A stretch of DNA of 64,000 bases from Smithellaceae bacterium (lineage in GTDB: Bacteria; Desulfobacterota; Syntrophia; Syntrophales; Smithellaceae), in the NCBI GenBank assembly GCA_963667845.2, contig CAXXVL010000001.1, forward strand, positions 896,001-960,000, read 5' to 3'. The notes under the pieces were generated by a model, which had not been told where the DNA came from, did not search any database, and saw only the letters and a list, made by a program, of their open reading frames with translations. The translations under genes were made by a program, and so were the position numbers. Below are positions 47,884-58,818 of the stretch, piece after piece. How positions within the stretch are numbered: position 1 is the stretch's first letter; each line of letters starts with the position of its first letter.

Positions 47884-49674
47884 GAAGGACGAATGAACCA
47901 GCAAAAACAAGCAAAAAGATTGAAGTGACAAAGGAAAGGCTAGGCCCGCCTCCAAAGCAATCGGGTCAGTGTCAGGGTGATATAAATCAGATATTCAAAT
48001 TTATCGGAAACACAGAATGAAGAGCTGCCCTTTTTGCGCTGAAGAAATCAAGGAAGAAGCCATCAAGTGCCGTTATTGCGGCTCGATGGTGAATGAGCCG
48101 ATGGCGGACATTCGACCGGCCAATTATGCTGCTGCGAACTCCATTTTATCATTTGAGTCTGATCCGTTTGACGATCCTTATCGGATTACCATGAGCAACC
48201 TGGATGCCGGGGTGAAGATCGGTGAGCGCTACCTGATCAGGTTGAGACTGGGCAGAGGGGGGATGGGTGAGGTTTATTTAACGGAGGACACGCAGCTCAA
48301 CGGAGCCAGGCGGGCGGTGAAGGTATTACCGGATAAACTGGCAGAAGACCCCAAGGCCGTGAACCGGTTGAAGGAAGAAGCCAGTCTGGCGATGGAACTG
48401 AATCATCCTGGCATTGTGAGATTGTACAATTACGAGAACAGCGGGAAAGTCCATTATTTAGTGATGGAATACGTAAACGGGATCGATTTAAACACCTATA
48501 TCGGGGTGAAGAAGAAAGTAAACGAGACACAGGCAAGACGGATCGGATTGGCAATCGCAGAGGCCTTGCGGATACCCCATCACCATACACCGGCGATCGT
48601 ACACCGGGACATCAAGCCGTCGAACATCCTGCTGGAATGGCCGGAACTGAACATAGAACAGATTAAGGGAAAAAAGGTTTCCGACATCCTCGGGGGAGAT
48701 ATACCAGATATAGAAAGAGCTGGTGTTCGGCTTGCCGATTTCGGGATAGCCCGTCAGGTTCGGGACAGCATGAGCACACTGGGATTGGTACAGGACACAT
48801 CGGGCACTTTGTTGTACATGTCCCCCGAGCAGATACGCGGGAAGGGGATCGACACCCGGACGGACTTATATTCATTGGGGGTGACTTTGTATGAGCTGTT
48901 GTCCGGAGACCCGCCATTTGTCGGGGCATCAGCAACACACCAGATACTGGAGGAAACCCCTGAACCGATCAAAGGGATCAGCGAAGAATTAAACGCCATC
49001 ATCCTTAAGTTATTAGAGAAGGACAAGGAGAAACGTTTTCAGAACACCGGAGAATTGATAGGTCGCCTGAGGAAAGAAGGCGCATCCAACCTTTCAAAGG
49101 AGAAGAAAAAGAGCTCTAAAGATGAAGCGGTCAAAGGAACTGATGCAATATTTGGAGGTAACGTTCATCTGTCTGTTAAGACCAGTGAGAACTGCGGGAT
49201 ATGGATCGATGACATCAGGGTGGGAGAAACAAAAAACAGGACCCTTATATTTAAAGACATCAGGAGTGGCAGGCATAGGATCGAGGGGAGAACGAGATAT
49301 CAGCGGGCGATTGATGAGGTGGAGTTTAAGCCGAATGGTGTCGGAAATCTGAATCTTATCCTGCAGGATGTATTATGTGATTTACGGGCGATATCGGACG
49401 GGATTGATTATGAGTTGACCCTGGACGGGAAGAACCATGAATGTCCCAAGCTGATCGAGCAGATACCTGCCGGGAAGAAGACAGTAACGATCAAGACGAG
49501 GGACGTGTCTTTTAATGAAGAGATCGAGCTGCTTTATGACGAAGTGAACGAATATGAACTGACCGAAGTAAAGCTCAAAGAAGTTATAGATAATAGAAAA
49601 GAAGAACTCGTGCGCTGTTTACAGGATTCCATAAGAACCCGGTCCATCGGGAATACGGATGAATGGATTGCCGA
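47884..49674 (+). repeat. Kinase cassette type II plus upstream region, direct repeat of 61512-63302
   Basis: Offset 13628 bp; five identical shadow ORFs in the track; junctions read directly from the sequence. Confidence 0.9.
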
Positions 49675-51304
49675 GTTATCAAACCTGGATCAGGCGCGAG
49701 GCAAGGTATATAGGAGTAACATCAACCGTCTTCATCAGGAGATTAGAAAAGAAGAAAGCCGGAAGGTGGAAGAGGATCTCTGGCAGGCGGTAAAGACCAA
49801 GGGAACGTGGGATGCATACAATGATTATTTGAAGAAGTATCCTAAGGGGCGTTACATCCAAGATGCAAAAGCGGCGCTTGATGAGATTAAGAAGCAGGAC
49901 GCGGAAGAAGCTTCAAGATATTTCAGCTCAGGTGAAGTATATTATAAAAAAGGCAACTATGACCGGGCAATCGAGGATTTTACAATGACAATAAAATTAA
50001 ATCCGAACGATGCCTTTGCATATAAAAGCCGGGGATCTGCATGGGACAAGAAAGGTAACTATGACCGGGCCGTCGAGGATTATACAAAGGCAATAGAACT
50101 GGCCCCAAAAGATGCTGTTGCATTCAACAATCGGGGAGTTGCTTGGTGTAACAAAACCGATTATGACCGGGCAATCGAGGATTTTACAATGACAATAAAA
50201 TTAAATCCGAACGATGCCTTGGCATATAAAAACCGGGGATTTGCATGGAACAACAAAGGTAACTATGACCGGGCCGTCGAGGATTATACAAAGGCAATAG
50301 AACTGGCCCCAAAAGATGCTGTTGCGTTCAACAATCGGGGAGTTGCTTGGTGTAACAAAACCGATTATGACCGGGCGTCCGATGATTATACAAGGGCAAT
50401 AGAGTTGGATCCGAAATTTACCATGGCATACAAGAACCGAGGTGATGTATGGATTAAGAAAGGTAACTATGACTGGGCAATCGAAGATTATTATAAAGTA
50501 TTAAATCTAAATCCTTCAACTTCACTTAAAGAAACTATTGAGAAAGAGATTCGGAAAATTGAAGGGAAAATAACCGATCCTGTTACAGGAATAAAATTTA
50601 TTTTTGTCAAAGGTGGTTGTTTTGATATGGGTGACGTCTTTGGCGGCGGGAGAAGTAATGAAAAACCTGTTCATGAAATTTGTGTTGGTGATTTTTATAT
50701 AAGCAAGTTCCCAGTAACACAGGGGCAGTGGAAAATGATAATAGGCAATAACCCATCAAGACACTCTTACTATTTCTCGGATGACCAACCCGTGGAAAAT
50801 ATTGACTGGCATGACGTTCAAGAGTTTATTAGTAAACTCAATGACAGAAGTGGCAAGACATATCGTTTACCCACGGAGGCAGAGTGGGAGTATGCGGCCC
50901 GTAGCGGTGGAAAACGGGAAATGTATGCCGGGACGAGTAATGAAAGTGAAATTTACGATTATGCTTCCTGCATGAGAAAAGATAATGGACCAAATAAAGT
51001 TGGAAGCAAAAAACCGAACAGCTTGGGATTATATGATATGTCAGGGAATGTCTGGGAACTCTGTGCGGATTGGTATGAAGAGACGTATTACAAAAACAGT
51101 CCAAAACAGAATCCTGAAGGTCCGCCTTCCGGGTCTCATCATGTCGCGCGAGGTGGGTCTTGGGACTCCAATTACAAATGTGTGCGCGTTGCATACCGTC
51201 GACCAATTGGACGTAAACTCAATAACGAGAGTCACCAGAACGTCGGATTTCGACTTGTGTTGCCGGTTGGGCAGTCAGGCTCCGGAAAGGTCCTTTTCAT
51301 TTGA
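48017..51304 (+). CDS. Kinase K7: Zn-ribbon + kinase + PEGA-like + TPRs + divergent FGE-sulfatase
   Basis: GRGGMG, HRDIKPSN, DFG; about six TPRs (YDRAIEDFTMTIKLNP..AYKNRG); RLPTEAEWEYAARSG, RGGSW. Confidence 0.9.
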   Translation: MKSCPFCAEEIKEEAIKCRYCGSMVNEPMADIRPANYAAANSILSFESDPFDDPYRITMSNLDAGVKIGERYLIRLRLGRGGMGEVYLTEDTQLNGARRAVKVLPDKLAEDPKAVNRLKEEASLAMELNHPGIVRLYNYENSGKVHYLVMEYVNGIDLNTYIGVKKKVNETQARRIGLAIAEALRIPHHHTPAIVHRDIKPSNILLEWPELNIEQIKGKKVSDILGGDIPDIERAGVRLADFGIARQVRDSMSTLGLVQDTSGTLLYMSPEQIRGKGIDTRTDLYSLGVTLYELLSGDPPFVGASATHQILEETPEPIKGISEELNAIILKLLEKDKEKRFQNTGELIGRLRKEGASNLSKEKKKSSKDEAVKGTDAIFGGNVHLSVKTSENCGIWIDDIRVGETKNRTLIFKDIRSGRHRIEGRTRYQRAIDEVEFKPNGVGNLNLILQDVLCDLRAISDGIDYELTLDGKNHECPKLIEQIPAGKKTVTIKTRDVSFNEEIELLYDEVNEYELTEVKLKEVIDNRKEELVRCLQDSIRTRSIGNTDEWIAELSNLDQARGKVYRSNINRLHQEIRKEESRKVEEDLWQAVKTKGTWDAYNDYLKKYPKGRYIQDAKAALDEIKKQDAEEASRYFSSGEVYYKKGNYDRAIEDFTMTIKLNPNDAFAYKSRGSAWDKKGNYDRAVEDYTKAIELAPKDAVAFNNRGVAWCNKTDYDRAIEDFTMTIKLNPNDALAYKNRGFAWNNKGNYDRAVEDYTKAIELAPKDAVAFNNRGVAWCNKTDYDRASDDYTRAIELDPKFTMAYKNRGDVWIKKGNYDWAIEDYYKVLNLNPSTSLKETIEKEIRKIEGKITDPVTGIKFIFVKGGCFDMGDVFGGGRSNEKPVHEICVGDFYISKFPVTQGQWKMIIGNNPSRHSYYFSDDQPVENIDWHDVQEFISKLNDRSGKTYRLPTEAEWEYAARSGGKREMYAGTSNESEIYDYASCMRKDNGPNKVGSKKPNSLGLYDMSGNVWELCADWYEETYYKNSPKQNPEGPPSGSHHVARGGSWDSNYKCVRVAYRRPIGRKLNNESHQNVGFRLVLPVGQSGSGKVLFI

Positions 51305-51385
51305 AGAATGATTGAACCTAAAAAAGTTAAGCGGCAACACATTGTCCGTTTTCCTCAAAATGTCATAAATAATTCTGTCTAAAAC

Positions 51386-51413
51386 TGCATAAAACTCTTT
51401 CCTTCCTCGTCTA
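51386..51413 (+). promoter_or_regulatory. ECF-type promoter copy (probably leaderless rodA mRNA)
   Basis: TGCATAAA-N14-CGTCTA; ATG 7 nt downstream and no Shine-Dalgarno sequence. Confidence 0.7.
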
Positions 51414-51420
51414 CTCAGGT

Positions 51421-52797
51421 ATGAAGACGACGAACGGATTTACATATCTGCTTTTAGCAATTTTCATCACCACCGGCGGTTTTTTTCTGCTGCAAGCGGG
51501 TTTAATCGACAGGCAGTTCGCATCCGTTTTGCAGACTCACAATGGGCCGTTCGATATCAGTCCTTTTCTGCTTACCTGCTGGCCCATCGGTCTGGGGCCG
51601 GTGTGTTTCGCACTACTGTCTTTGCTTTCGTATGCCTATGTCCGGGTCAAATTGCCGGATGCCGATCCGTTCATCCTGCCTGCGGTCATTTTGTTGTCCG
51701 GCATCGGTCTTGTGATGATCTTGAGGCTGGCGCCGGATCTGGCTGCCGTCCGTAATGAGCAGATATCCGTGATGCTTTCCAAAAACCCACAAGCAAAAAT
51801 GACCAACAACATTGCATTGCTTGCCCAGCTTGGTGTCCGGCAATTATTTCACTGGTCGTTGGGAATTGCAGCAATGATCGCAACCATATTATGTTTAAAC
51901 AAAACAATGTTTTCCTGGTTATCCGGCAAGAAATACATCTGGGTTATCTGCTCAATAATTCTCGTCACATTGACGCTATTGTTCGGCGTGACCAAAAACG
52001 GTAGCACGTTGTGGCTGATGGGATTTCAAGTAACTGAAATCATAAAACTCTTGATGATCTTGTTTATTGCCGGGTATTTTTACGAAAAAGGAAAGATCAT
52101 GGAGCTTTATAAAAATCAGTTTGGCTCTTGGTTGAAATATGCCACCCCGTTTGGCCTAATGTGCTTTTTTTCACTGATTACGCTGATTCTCCAGAAAGAT
52201 ATCGGACCGACGTTTTTACTCTTCTTGGTATTTCTCATCGTTATTTTTTGCGCGGGAAACCGGCTCAGCGTCACACTCGTCTTCATCCTGCTGACTGCAA
52301 CAGTTGGATACCTTTTTTATTCTTTCGGTTATCCGCCGATTGTGAGAAAGCGCTTTGATATGCTCTTCAATCCTTTTGAAACAAGCGCATCCATGGCGCG
52401 GGTTCTCTGGGCGATTTCATCCGGCGGTGTTCATGGGGTGGGCATCGGCTATGGACAGTCATACCTGATTCCTGAAGTGCAATCCGATTTTAATTTTACC
52501 GCCATTTGCGAAGAAATGGGTTTTGCCGGCGCATTGGCGGTTATACTTCTTTACGGTGTGCTGATCTATCGCTCATTCAAAATCGCCCGGAAGACAAATA
52601 ATATGTATAAAAAGATGCTTTCCCTGACCATCGGCGTTCTTTTCGCGGTGCAGACCGCCATTATTATCTGCGGGAATATCGTGCTTATTCCGTTTACGGG
52701 AATTACGCTGCCTTTTATCAGTTACGGGGGCAGTTCGCTGATTATCAGTTTTGTGATGACAGGTGTCCTTCTTAGAATATCAGGAGACAAATCATGA
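51421..52797 (+). CDS. rodA: SEDS family FtsW/RodA/SpoVE peptidoglycan glycosyltransferase
   Basis: Multi-TM; FQVTEIIK, QKDIG, GVGIGYGQ..IPEVQSDF, TGITLPFISYGGSS. Confidence 0.88.
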   Translation: MKTTNGFTYLLLAIFITTGGFFLLQAGLIDRQFASVLQTHNGPFDISPFLLTCWPIGLGPVCFALLSLLSYAYVRVKLPDADPFILPAVILLSGIGLVMILRLAPDLAAVRNEQISVMLSKNPQAKMTNNIALLAQLGVRQLFHWSLGIAAMIATILCLNKTMFSWLSGKKYIWVICSIILVTLTLLFGVTKNGSTLWLMGFQVTEIIKLLMILFIAGYFYEKGKIMELYKNQFGSWLKYATPFGLMCFFSLITLILQKDIGPTFLLFLVFLIVIFCAGNRLSVTLVFILLTATVGYLFYSFGYPPIVRKRFDMLFNPFETSASMARVLWAISSGGVHGVGIGYGQSYLIPEVQSDFNFTAICEEMGFAGALAVILLYGVLIYRSFKIARKTNNMYKKMLSLTIGVLFAVQTAIIICGNIVLIPFTGITLPFISYGGSSLIISFVMTGVLLRISGDKS

Positions 52798-54536
52798 TCG
52801 GGGCAAGATCGAAGTGGGTGATGGTTTTATTGGCACTGGTGGCCTGTGCGGTGGTTTACGGGCTGGTGAACAGGATGTTTATTCAAGCCGATGAACTGGG
52901 GCGCACCCGGTACAGTGATCAAAAATTCATAGACACCATGGAATCTCTGATCCGGGAGAAAGTTTTTGATGTTCATGAACGGGATATTGTCATCAATGAA
53001 GACGTTTTTCGGCAAAAAGGATTCAGTAAAGAGCTGGAGCAAAGGATTCGTGCTCATGTCCGGCATCTTTATGTTAAAAACGGGGAGATTCGTTTTGAAA
53101 ATAAAGCGGCAAGCATCGCCAACCAAGTGCGCCACAGAGACAATCTGATCTGGCGTGGCAAATTTCTCGATCGCAATGGTGTGATTCTGGCCGAAAGTTC
53201 CATAGACAAAAATCGCTGGCGGACGGACCGGACATATTCTTTCGGGCCGGAGTTTTTTCCCGTTATCGGTCATGCCAGCGTAACATACGGTAAAAGATAT
53301 CTGGAAAAAGATCTGGATGATTATCTGGAAGGCCGGAATCATGAGCCGGTCCTGAATACCGATATTGATCCATTTAAGAAAGTCTTGATGGGCGATCATG
53401 TCACATTGACCGTGGACAGCGCCATTCAGCGGTATGCCTTTCAGGTTATGAAGGATTTCAAGGGTGCTGTAGTCGTGGTGGATGTCAAATCATTCGAAGT
53501 ACTCGCCGCCGTGAGCACACCGTCGTTTGACCCGAACGAAAAAAATGGTGAAGCATGGGTATCGGCCTTTGCCGGTAAGGAAGATAGGGTATATGAAAAC
53601 AGGGCACTGTCTGTGGCCTATCCGCCGGGGTCAACTTTCAAAACCGTAGTTGCAACGGCTTTGCTGGAAACCGGCCGGGCCACGGCTAATGAGCGAAAGA
53701 AGGTCATTTGTACCGGCTTGAAGAATCCGTATGGTATTTCCGATATTCATCCCCACGGGGCAATGAATCTGGATCGGGCGTTGGTGGAATCGTGCAATGC
53801 TTATTTCAGCTCAAAAGGCGTGCTGCTGGGAGAAGACCTGCTTCGTTTTGCCGAACGGTATGGTTTTAATCAGGTCGTTGATTTGGCGCCGCAATTAAAC
53901 CAGAACAAATGCTTTGCCGGACGGAGTATGGCTTTTGCCTGGCTTGACCGGAGTAATCAACTTCATCAATACATGGCTGTTGATTTTCGAAGAAACCCGA
54001 AAATTGTCGCTCAGGCGTCGATCGGCCAGAATATCGTGATGGCCACCCCTCTGCAGATGTGTCTGGTTGCGGCGGCAATCGCCAATGGCGGAATGATGAA
54101 AAATCCTTCAATTATAAAAGAAATAAAGTCTGCTGACGGTAAAGAGCTTATCCGGGCGGCGCAAGGCGGTCAGTCCAGAAAAGTGATGTCTTTCCGTGTT
54201 GCGACACAAATTCGGGAGCTCATGGCGGACGTGATGAAAAAAGGGACAGGAAAGAATGTAAAAAAAATTTACCGGGAAGGATCTGCTTATACGACAAATC
54301 CTGCGACGGAGAATCTTAACGTCGTTAACATTGCCGGCAAAACAGGCACGGCGGAAGTTGACAACAAGGATGTAGACAATCCCCGAAAGCCCCATTCCTG
54401 GTTTATCGGTTTTGCTCCCTCTGAAAATCCAAGGGTGGCCATTGCCGTGATTGCCGAAAATCAGGGATTCGGCAGCCTGACCGCCGCACCGATTGCGATG
54501 GATGTTCTTGCCACTGTTTTAAACAGTCTTCGTTAA
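52794..54536 (+). CDS. pbpA: Class B penicillin-binding protein (PbpA-like)
   Basis: RGKFLDRNG; intact SxxK (GSTFK), SxN (SCN) and KTG motifs; HSWFIGFAP; ATGA overlap with rodA. Confidence 0.88.
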   Translation: MIGARSKWVMVLLALVACAVVYGLVNRMFIQADELGRTRYSDQKFIDTMESLIREKVFDVHERDIVINEDVFRQKGFSKELEQRIRAHVRHLYVKNGEIRFENKAASIANQVRHRDNLIWRGKFLDRNGVILAESSIDKNRWRTDRTYSFGPEFFPVIGHASVTYGKRYLEKDLDDYLEGRNHEPVLNTDIDPFKKVLMGDHVTLTVDSAIQRYAFQVMKDFKGAVVVVDVKSFEVLAAVSTPSFDPNEKNGEAWVSAFAGKEDRVYENRALSVAYPPGSTFKTVVATALLETGRATANERKKVICTGLKNPYGISDIHPHGAMNLDRALVESCNAYFSSKGVLLGEDLLRFAERYGFNQVVDLAPQLNQNKCFAGRSMAFAWLDRSNQLHQYMAVDFRRNPKIVAQASIGQNIVMATPLQMCLVAAAIANGGMMKNPSIIKEIKSADGKELIRAAQGGQSRKVMSFRVATQIRELMADVMKKGTGKNVKKIYREGSAYTTNPATENLNVVNIAGKTGTAEVDNKDVDNPRKPHSWFIGFAPSENPRVAIAVIAENQGFGSLTAAPIAMDVLATVLNSLR

Positions 54537-54652
54537 GCTTAAAAAAGAGCTTGATTTCATAATGAATTATCAGTTAATAATTTTACCCTGTAAACAGAAA
54601 CGATCTTTAAGAATGATTAGCAATTTTTATAAGTTAAGGAGTCTCCGCTTCC

Positions 54653-57600
54653 ATGAAGGACTGTCCCTTTTGTGCTGAAGAGATCAAGGATGAAGCCATC
54701 AAATGCAAGCACTGCGGATCGGTGTTGAATACTTCACGCCTTCAGAATCAAGAAGAATCAGATCCGTTTGCTGATCCGAATCGCAATACCGGTACAAAGG
54801 TGAATATAGGGATGTTGATCGGCGACCGCTATTTGACCCGTTTCAAACTGGGCGAAGGCGGGATGGGAGAGGTTTATCTGACGGAGGACCAGGAACTGGA
54901 GGGAGCCGTAAGGGCGATCAAGGTACTGCCAGATAAGCTGAAGGAAGACATTAAAGCCGTTAAGCGGCTGAAGGAAGAAGCCCAGATCACGATGGAGCTG
55001 AATCACGGCAACATTGTGCGGCTTTATAATTATGAGAAGAAAGAGAATACCCATTACTTGGTGATGGAATATGTAAATGGGATCGACATGAACACCTACA
55101 TCGGGGTGAAGGGGAAGATCGGAGAGTATTCCGCCAGACGGATCGGCATAGAATTGGCGGAGGCATTAATCGCCGCGCACGGACATAAACCGTCGATTAT
55201 TCATCGGGACATCAAGCCGGCCAACATATTGCTGGAATGGCCGGAGATGGACATTGAAGCCATTGCAGATCTGAAGAAGAAGGGAGCCGATCTCACACCA
55301 GTGGAGCTGCCTGATATTGATACAGCCGGGGTGCGTCTTGCCGATTTCGGGATAGCCAGGCAGGTTCGGGACAGCATGAGCAAATACGGGAATTCGATCG
55401 ACACATCCGGGACGAAGCTGTACATGTCCCCCGAGCAGATTAGGGGAAAGGGGATCGATATCCGGACGGATTTATATTCGTTGGGTGCAACTTTGTATGA
55501 ACTGTTGTCGGGGGATCCTCCATTTAGCGGTGAATCCGCAGAATACCAGATATTTAGTGAGAAGCCCGATCCCATCGACGGGATCAGTGACGAATTAAAC
55601 ACGATCATTCTAAAACTGTTGGAGAAAGACAAGGAGAACCGATACAAAGACGCGGAGGAATTAGTTGCCTCTCTATCGAAAGGGATAAAAGAAAATGAAA
55701 ATAAACGGTCGTTATCAGCAGGAAAATATTTTAATGATGGTTATAAAGAGTTCTTAAAAGAAACTATATCGACTGATAAAATCTATGTCGGAGATTTCCT
55801 CACAAATACTCAAGATGCCTTGAGATTTCTGAACATAACAAAAGATACTATATTATCAAACGGTAACAAGTATTTACATTTGTCCTTAGTAGACGTGATA
55901 AAACACAAATTTATTGACGAGCTAAAAAGTTTTATAAACGGTCTTGATCCTAAGAATCAAGATACTTATGAAGTGTATTATTTGAAGCTTTATACTGATG
56001 GAAAAATTAAAGAATCAAAGTATGAAGCGGAAAAACATGAAGAAGAAATCAGTATAGATTACCCACATGAAATGTCAGCTTACTATAAAATATTTCAAAA
56101 TGACGATATATCTGCAAAGCGTTGTATGAATAGGGATGAAGGAAATGATGGTGATTCCTCCAATTTGATATCCTGTGCAGAAGCTTGGAAAGAGTTATTC
56201 AGTAATGACTGTGAGGCTAATCGCTGTTTGAAAGAAGCCGAAGGTCATGCAGAATGTTCAGCGGATTGGTCATTCTGTGCCAAAGGCTGGAAAGAGTTAT
56301 TCAACGATAATCGTGAAGCACGTCGATGTATGAAAGAAGCAGAAAAGCTTGCTGAAGGCTCATGGGCTTGGCAATTGTGTGCCGGAAACTGGAAAAAGTT
56401 ATATAACGATGATCGTGAAGCATGGCGATGCATGAAAGAAGCAGAAAATCGTGTTGAAGATTCAGAGGATTGGAGAGAGTGCGCTGAAGGCTGGAGGAAA
56501 TTTTTCAACGATGAACATGAAGCACGTCGATGTATGGAAGAAGCAGAGAAGCGTGCTGAAGATTCAGCGAATTGGAGCCAGTGTGCAGGAGGCTGGAAAG
56601 AGTTATTCAACGATGATCGTAAAGCACGGCGATGTATGAAAGAAGCAGAGAAGCTTGTTGAAGATTCAGATGATTGGGAATGTTGTGCCAGTAAGTGGGG
56701 ATGCGAGTTGAATGATAACCAAGAGGCGAAGCGGTGTTTAAGCAAAGCTGAAAGATTTGCGATAAGTTCATGGGATTGGTCTTTACGTGCAAGATCTTGG
56801 AAAGATATATGCAATGATAAGCATGAGGCAATGCGATGTTTAAAGGAAGCCGAGAGGCTGGCAAAAGATTCATCAGACTGGAAAGAATGTGCCGAAGGCT
56901 GGAAAGAGCTATTCGATGATGATCACGAAGCAGAACGCTGCATGAAAGAAGTGGAGAGGCAAAGGGCAGATTCTGAAGATGGAGAAAAGTGTTCTGGTGG
57001 TCGGAAAGACGTATTAAACGATAATATTGAATCAGAGCAAGGCATGAAGAATGCCGAGCAGAACGAAGGAGAAGAGGAATTCATTGAATCGTTTAATGAA
57101 AAATATGGTGACTTAACATCCGAACATCTCTTATCATTATGGAGACATAATGTTACGTCTGATGATGCACTTCAAAACATAACATATGCATGGTACGTTC
57201 TCGGTAATAGAAGTATGGCGGAAGAGTCTGTCCGAGTTTTGGAGAACCGTGCAGAGCATAACCATAATAAATATTATGTTTCAGACGATTGGAGTTTTAT
57301 TGCTATAATTTGGAAGAAGCTTGGAGATGACAACCAAGCTCTATGGGCAATGCAAAAAGCAGAACATTTTGCAAAATATGTGCGTAATTGGATTAAAATT
57401 GCAGATAGCTGGAATGCACTAAATGATAAAGCACGGGCATTAAGTGCAATGCAAAAGGCCGAGCCACTAGCAGAAAGGTGTAATGATTGGACCACAGCTG
57501 TTAAAACGTGTGTAAAAATTGGTAACTTAACTTGTGCGACAAAAGCAATGCAAAGTGCTGAATCTCTTATGAGAACATTAGATGATTATATGGATGTTAT

Positions 57601-58450
57601 TATGGCGTGGAAGCAGATTGGTGATAAAGCGCGTGCAGAAGATATATTGCAACATATATTAAAAACATGGAGCCTTAGTGCATACGATAGGAGCCGCTGT
57701 GCATTGCTTTGGGGAAAGATTGGTAACAAAGCCCGTGTATCAGAGGCATTGCGGAAGGCAGAGGCTGCAGCAAAATCGGTTTTCGAGTGGTTCGAGATTG
57801 CCGGGGTTTATAAGAAAGTTGGTGATACAACACGACTTGAGAAAGTAAAGCAGCAGTTGGAATTTCTGATGGAGGATTCGGCTAATTGGACAAGCGTTGT
57901 CCATACTGGACGAGGTGGGTTTTCTTGCGGAATTGAAAGAAAACAATCAAAAGATTGGGTGACGCGTGCCTTTATATGGAAAAAACTTGGCGATGAGAGC
58001 CGTATGGAAAAAGCTATGCAGCCATTGGAATCCATAGCAGTGAATTCAGAAGATTGGAGAGATATTGCATTGATTTGGGATGAACTTGTAAACAAACCCA
58101 GAACGATAACGGCAATATCCAAAGCAGAAGTTCTTGCAAAAAAATCAGGCGATTGGATAGGAATCGCGCACCTGTGGCGAATACTAGATGGAATGGATGA
58201 TAATCGTGCTGTAAAATCGATGCAGAAAGCTATGACACTAGCAAAGAATTCCGCGGATTGGACTGAAATAGCACGCGGATGGAATGATTTAGGCAGAAAA
58301 ACTGATTCAGAGGAAGCCATGGAACACGCGGAAGCGATTGCTGAGGATGCAGAGGACTGGGATGACATTGCAGACACGTGGCAGGAGTTAGGTAATGAAA
58401 CGCGTGAAGAGGAGGCAATAGAAAAGCGAGAATCCGTTGTTGGAGAGTAA
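54653..58450 (+). CDS. Kinase K8: Zn-ribbon + kinase + two arrays of Trp/Cys-rich ~33-34-aa TPR-like repeats
   Basis: GEGGMG, HRDIKPAN, DFG; repeats EARRCMKEAEKLAEDSxDWxxCAxGWKELFND and DWxxIAxxWxxLGDxxRAxxAMQKAE. Confidence 0.88.
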   Translation: MKDCPFCAEEIKDEAIKCKHCGSVLNTSRLQNQEESDPFADPNRNTGTKVNIGMLIGDRYLTRFKLGEGGMGEVYLTEDQELEGAVRAIKVLPDKLKEDIKAVKRLKEEAQITMELNHGNIVRLYNYEKKENTHYLVMEYVNGIDMNTYIGVKGKIGEYSARRIGIELAEALIAAHGHKPSIIHRDIKPANILLEWPEMDIEAIADLKKKGADLTPVELPDIDTAGVRLADFGIARQVRDSMSKYGNSIDTSGTKLYMSPEQIRGKGIDIRTDLYSLGATLYELLSGDPPFSGESAEYQIFSEKPDPIDGISDELNTIILKLLEKDKENRYKDAEELVASLSKGIKENENKRSLSAGKYFNDGYKEFLKETISTDKIYVGDFLTNTQDALRFLNITKDTILSNGNKYLHLSLVDVIKHKFIDELKSFINGLDPKNQDTYEVYYLKLYTDGKIKESKYEAEKHEEEISIDYPHEMSAYYKIFQNDDISAKRCMNRDEGNDGDSSNLISCAEAWKELFSNDCEANRCLKEAEGHAECSADWSFCAKGWKELFNDNREARRCMKEAEKLAEGSWAWQLCAGNWKKLYNDDREAWRCMKEAENRVEDSEDWRECAEGWRKFFNDEHEARRCMEEAEKRAEDSANWSQCAGGWKELFNDDRKARRCMKEAEKLVEDSDDWECCASKWGCELNDNQEAKRCLSKAERFAISSWDWSLRARSWKDICNDKHEAMRCLKEAERLAKDSSDWKECAEGWKELFDDDHEAERCMKEVERQRADSEDGEKCSGGRKDVLNDNIESEQGMKNAEQNEGEEEFIESFNEKYGDLTSEHLLSLWRHNVTSDDALQNITYAWYVLGNRSMAEESVRVLENRAEHNHNKYYVSDDWSFIAIIWKKLGDDNQALWAMQKAEHFAKYVRNWIKIADSWNALNDKARALSAMQKAEPLAERCNDWTTAVKTCVKIGNLTCATKAMQSAESLMRTLDDYMDVIMAWKQIGDKARAEDILQHILKTWSLSAYDRSRCALLWGKIGNKARVSEALRKAEAAAKSVFEWFEIAGVYKKVGDTTRLEKVKQQLEFLMEDSANWTSVVHTGRGGFSCGIERKQSKDWVTRAFIWKKLGDESRMEKAMQPLESIAVNSEDWRDIALIWDELVNKPRTITAISKAEVLAKKSGDWIGIAHLWRILDGMDDNRAVKSMQKAMTLAKNSADWTEIARGWNDLGRKTDSEEAMEHAEAIAEDAEDWDDIADTWQELGNETREEEAIEKRESVVGE

Positions 58451-58818
58451 AGGAAAAGAATTTTTTCTGGAACCATTATAATCCTTGATTCCGCAATAGA
58501 TCGGATGTCTATTGCGTAGCAATAAGGACTTATTCAAAAATCATGATGAAATGGAAGCCTTGGGACACCAAACCATAGCGGCGCTGGCTAAGGTTTACGC
58601 CTGGATATGTCAATTTAGATTTTGAATTTTTATAAAGTTGCAGCGATCAAAGCATAGGGAAAGCTGTCCTATATTCACGCATTATGCCTTACAGGTGAGT
58701 GTTGTTGATCGAATGCTGGAGGCCATTCTGCTAAAGGTTTTGAAATAGTCTAGTCCGATCATGGACAGTTGAATCAGTAAAGCGCCAGTGCAATCTTTTT
58801 GATAAGTCAATTATTCCT

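Noticed and set aside
51140..51304. K7 FGE C-terminus as a member of the same VR set
   Set aside because: It belongs to a divergent FGE subtype, has several non-NNY codons, extends past GFRL, and lacks both the TAG-GTTTTGG tail and element A.
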